Positions 59,401 through 64,000 of a stretch of 64,000 bases of DNA are shown here, piece after piece; the first letter of the stretch is position 1; each line of letters begins with the position of its first letter. The position numbers and the translations under genes were made by a program. The DNA lies in the NCBI GenBank assembly GCA_964016885.1, contig OZ024742.1, positions 332,258,001 to 332,322,000 of the forward strand. Reading direction: 5' to 3'. The notes below the pieces were generated by a model. That model was not told the origin of the DNA. It ran no database searches and saw nothing but the letters and a program-made list of their open reading frames with translations. The DNA is from Eledone cirrhosa. Lineage: Eukaryota.

Positions 59401-62400
59401 GTTGTTACTGTTGCTGGTGGTGTTGTTGTTACTGTTGCTGGTGGTGTTGTTATTGTTGATAGTGGTGTTGTTGTTACTGTTGCTGGTGGTGTTGTTGTTA
59501 CTGTTGCTGGTGGTGTTGTTGTTACTGTTGCTGGTGGTGTTGTTGTTACTGTTGCTGGTGGTGTTGTTGTTACTGTTGCTGGTGGTGTTGTTACTGTTGT
59601 TGGTGGTGTTGTTGTTACTGTTGTTGGTGTTGGTGTTGTTACTGTTGTTGGTGGTGGTGTTGTTACTGTTGTGGTGGTGTTATTGTTACTGTTGCTGGTG
59701 GTGTTGTTGTTACTGTTGGTGGTGGTGTTGTTGTTATTGTTGCTGGTGGTGGTGTTGTTACTGTAACTGGTGTTGTTGTTGTTACTGTTGCTGGTGGTGT
59801 TGTTGTTACTGTTGCTGTTGGTGGTGTTGTTACTGTTACTGGTGTTGTTGTTGTTACTGTTGCTGGTGGTGTTGTTGTTACTGTTACTGGTGGTGTTGTT
59901 GTTATTGTTGCTGGTGCTGTTGTTGTTACTGTTGCTGGTGGTGTAGTTGTTACTGTTGCTGGTGGTGTTGTTGTTACTGTTGCTGGAGGTGTTGTTGTTA
60001 CTGTTACTGGTGGTGTTGTTGTTATTGTTGGTGGTGGTGTTGTTACTGTTGCTGGTGGTGTTGTTGTTACTGTTGCTGGTCCTGTTGTTGTTACTGTTGC
60101 TGGTGGTGTTGTTGTTACTGTTGCTGGTGGTGTTGTTGTTACTGTTGCTGGTGGTGTTGTTGTTACTGTTGCTGGTGGTGTTGTTGTTACTGTTACTGGT
60201 GGTGTTGTTACTGTTGCTGGTGGTGTTGTTGTTATTGTTGCTGGTGGTGTTGTTGTTACTGTTGCTGGAGGTGGTGTTGTTACTGTTGCTGGTGGTGGTG
60301 TTGTTACTGTTGCTGGTGGTGGTGTTGTTATTGTTGGTGGTGTTGTTGTTACTGTTGCTGGTGGTGTTGTTGTTACTGTTGCTGGAGGTGGTGTTGTTAT
60401 TGTTGGTGGTGGTGTTGTTACTGTTGCTGGTGGTGTTGTTGTTACTGTTGCTGGAGGTGGTGTTGTTATTGTTGGTGGTGGTGTTGTTACTGTTGCTGGT
60501 GGTGTTGTTGTTACTGTTGCTGGAGGTGGTGTTGTTACTGTTGCTGGTGGTGGTGTTGTTATTGTTGGTGGTGGTGTTGTTACTGTTGCTTTTGGTGTTG
60601 TTGTTATTGTTGCTGGTGGTGTTTTTGTTATTGTTGCTGGTGGTGTTGTTGTTACTGTTGCTGGTGGTGTTGTTGTTACTGTTGCTGGTGGTGTTGTTGT
60701 TATTGTTGCTGGTGGTGTTGTTGTTATTGTTGCTGGTGGTGTTGTTGTTACTGTTGCTGGTGGTGTAGTTGTTACTGTTGCTGGTGGTGTAGTTGTTACT
60801 GTTGCTGGTGGTGTTGTTGTTACTGTTGCTGGTGGTGTTGTTGTTACTGTTGCTGGTGGTGTTGTTGTTACTGTTGCTGGTGGTGGTGTTGTTACTGTTG
60901 CTGGTGGTGTTGTTGTTACTGTTGCTGGTGGTGTTGTTACTGTTGCTGGTGGTGTTGTTGTTACTGTTGGTGGTGGTGTTGTTGTTACTGTTGCTGGTGG
61001 TGTTGTTGTTACTGTTGCTGGTGGTGTTGTTGTTATTGTTGCTGGTGGTGTTGTTGTTATTGTTGCTGGTGGTGTTGTTGTTATTGTTGCTGGTGGTGTT
61101 GTTGTTACTGTTGCTTGGTGGTGGTGTTGTTACTGTTGCTGGTGGTGTTGTTACTGTTGATGGTGGTGTTGTTGTTACTGTTGGTCGTGGTGTTGTTGTT
61201 ACTGTTGGTGGTGGTGTTGTTGTTACTGTTGCTGGTGGTGTTGTTGTTACTGTTGCTGGTGGTGTTGTTATTACTGTTGCTGGTGGTGTTGTTACTGTTG
61301 CTGGTGGTGTTGTTGTTACTGTTGCTGGTGGTGTTGTTACTCTTGCTGGTGGTGTTGTTGTTACTGTTGCTGGTTGTGTTGTTACTGTTGCTGGTGGTGT
61401 TGTTGTTACCGTTGCTGGTGGTGTTGTTGTTATTGTTGCTGGTGTTGTTGTTCTTACTGTTGCTGGTGGTGTTGTTGTTACTGTTGCTGGTGGTGTTGTT
61501 GTTACTGTTGCTGTTGGTGGTGTTGTTACTGTTGCTGGTGCTGTTATTGTTATTGTTGCTGGTGGTGTAGTTGTTACTGTTGCTGGTGGTGTTGTTGTTA
61601 CTGTTGCTGGTGGTGTTGTTGTTACTGTTGCTGGTGGTGTTTTTGTTACTGTTGTTGGTGGTGTTATTGTTATTGTTGCTGGTGGCGTTGTTGTTACTGA
61701 TGGTGGTGGTGTTCTTGTTACTGTTGCTGGTGGTGTTGTTGTTACTGTTGCTGGTGGTGTTGTTGTTACTATTGCTGGTGGTGTAGTTGTTACTGTTGTG
61801 GTGGTGGTGTTGTTACTGTTGGTGGTGGTGTAGTTGTTACTGTTGTGGTGGTGTTGTTACTGTTGCTGGTGCTGTTGTTGTTACTGTTGCTGGTGGTGTT
61901 TTTGTTACTGTTGTTGGTGGTGTTATTGTTATTGTTGCTGGATGACGTTGTTGTTACTGTTGGTGGTGGTGTTGTTGTTACTGTTGCTGGTGGTGTTGTT
62001 GTTATTGTTGCTGGTGCTGTTGTTGTTACTGTTGCTGGTGGTGTAGTTGTTACTGTTGCTGGTGGTGTTGTTGTTACTGTTGCTGGAGGTGTTGTTGTTA
62101 CTGTTACTGGTGGTGTTGTTGTTATTGTTGGTGGTGGTGTTGTTACTGTTGCTGGTGGTGTTGTTGTTACTGTTGCTGGTCCTGTTGTTGTTACTGTTGC
62201 TGGTGGTGTTGTTGTTACTGTTGCTGGTGGTGTTGTTGTTACTGTTGCTGGTGGTGTTGTTGTTACTGTTGCTGGTGGTGTTGTTGTTACTGTTACTGGT
62301 GGTGTTGTTACTGTTGCTGGTGGTGTTGTTGTTATTGTTGCTGGTGGTGTTGTTGTTACTGTTGCTGGAGGTGGTGTTGTTACTGTTGCTGGTGGTGGTG

Positions 62401-64000
62401 TTGTTACTGTTGCTGGTGGTGGTGTTGTTATTGTTGGTGGTGTTGTTGTTACTGTTGCTGGTGGTGTTGTTGTTACTGTTGCTGGAGGTGGTGTTGTTAT
62501 TGTTGGTGGTGGTGTTGTTACTGTTGCTGGTGGTGTTGTTGTTACTGTTGCTGGAGGTGGTGTTGTTACTGTTGCTGGTGGTGGTGTTGTTATTGTTGGT
62601 GGTGGTGTTGTTACTGTTGCTTTTGGTGTTGTTGTTATTGTTGCTGGTGGTGTTTTTGTTATTGTTGCTGGTGGTGTTGTTGTTACTGTTGCTGGTGGTG
62701 TTGTTGTTACTGTTGCTGGTGGTGTTGTTGTTATTGTTGCTGGTGGTGTTGTTGTTATTGTTGCTGGTGGTGTTGTTGTTACTGTTGCTGGTGGTGTAGT
62801 TGTTACTGTTGCTGGTGGTGTAGTTGTTACTGTTGCTGGTGGTGTTGTTGTTACTGTTGCTGGTGGTGTTGTTGTTACTGTTGCTGGTGGTGTTGTTGTT
62901 ACTGTTGCTGGTGGTGGTGTTGTTACTGTTGCTGGTGGTGTTGTTGTTACTGTTGCTGGTGGTGTTGTTACTGTTGCTGGTGGTGTTGTTGTTACTGTTG
63001 GTGGTGGTGTTGTTGTTACTGTTGCTGGTGGTGTTGTTGTTACTGTTGCTGGTGGTGTTGTTGTTATTGTTGCTGGTGGTGTTGTTGTTATTGTTGCTGG
63101 TGGTGTTGTTGTTATTGTTGCTGGTGGTGTTGTTGTTACTGTTGCTTGGTGGTGGTGTTGTTACTGTTGCTGGTGGTGTTGTTACTGTTGCTGGTGGTGT
63201 TGTTGTTACTGTTGGTCGTGGTGTTGTTGTTACTGTTGGTGGTGGTGTTGTTGTTACTGTTGCTGGTGGTGTTGTTGTTACTGTTGCTGGTGGTGTTGTT
63301 ATTACTGTTGCTGGTGGTGTTGTTACTGTTGCTGGTGGTGTTGTTGTTACTGTTGCTGGTGGTGTTGTTACTCTTGCTGGTGGTGTTGTTGTTACTGTTG
63401 CTGGTTGTGTTGTTACTGTTGCTGGTGGTGTTGTTGTTACCGTTGCTGGTGGTGTTGTTGTTATTGTTGCTGGTGTTGTTGTTCTTACTGTTGCTGGTGG
63501 TGTTGTTGTTACTGTTGCTGGTGGTGTTGTTATTACTGTTGCTGGTGGTGTTGTTACTGTTGCTGGTGGTGTTGTTGTTACTGTTGCTGGTGGTGTTGTT
63601 GTTACTGTTGCTGGTGGTGTAGTTGTTACTGTTACTGGTGGTGTTGTTGTTACTGTTGCTGGTGGTGTTGTTGTTACTGTTGCTGGTGTTGTTGTTACTG
63701 TTGCTGGTGGTGTAGTTGTTACTGTTACTGGTGGTGTTGTTGTTACTGTTGCTGGTGGTGTTGTTGTTACTGTTGCTGGTGGTGTTGTTGTTATTGTTGC
63801 TGGTGGTGTTGTTGTTACTGTTGCTGGTGGTGTTGTTGTTACTGTTGCTGGTGGTGTTGTTGTTATTGTTGCTGGTGGTGTTGTTGTTACTGTTGCTGGT
63901 GGTGTTGTTATTGTTGCTGGTGGTGGTGTTGTTACTGTTGCTGGTGGTGTTGTTGTTACTGTTGGTGGTGTTGTTGTTGTTACTGTTGCTGGTGGTGTTG
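35430..64000. repeat. Giant 24/21-bp minisatellite/satellite (GTTGTTGTTACTGTTGCTGGTGGT)n with higher-order repeats; runs off the window end
   Basis: Continuous array of >28.5 kb in which unit variants differ mostly by whole triplets. Rare marker variants (GGATGACG, GCTTGG, CTGTTGTGG, GGTCCT, GATAGT) recur at fixed spacings of 4982, 4848 and 2100 bp. Confidence 0.97.

Noticed and set aside
35359-63622. Very long plus-strand ORFs (poly L/V, poly C/W, VVVTVAGG; up to 1556 aa)
   Set aside because: They are translations of a stop-poor satellite that is open in all three frames, with no domain or codon-level signal.
35430-64000. CRISPR array or canonical telomere
   Set aside because: There are no unique spacers, the context is eukaryotic, and the unit is not TTAGGG-like.

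Overview
Eukaryotic, AT-rich, microsatellite-dense DNA with no intact protein-coding gene visible. The repeat families resemble those of octopus/cephalopod genomes, which is my inference from recalled sequences. The window has two halves. (1) 1-35,400 is a transposon graveyard built on (TA)n/(CA)n tracts. It holds four decayed Penelope-like retroelements (PLEs, RT and/or GIY-YIG endonuclease), at least six asymmetric fold-back structures (two of them PLEs), two non-autonomous Helitrons, tRNA-derived SINEs, and RTE and Tx1-like LINE fragments. Reading by eye on both strands gives about 10 intact or near-intact type-I hammerhead ribozyme (HHR) motifs plus several half or degenerate ones. Many have palindromic stem III, several have very long stem II, and two occur as mirror-image pairs on opposite strands. 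(2) 35,430 to the window end is a >28.5 kb G/T-rich 24/21-bp minisatellite (GTTGTTGTTACTGTTGCTGGTGGT) with nested higher-order repeats of about 4,982, 4,848, 2,100 and 143-167 bp. Its minus strand reads as a mucin-like (PPATVTTT)n frame but is repeatedly frameshifted. Nearly all ORFs in the supplied track are translations of simple repeats.
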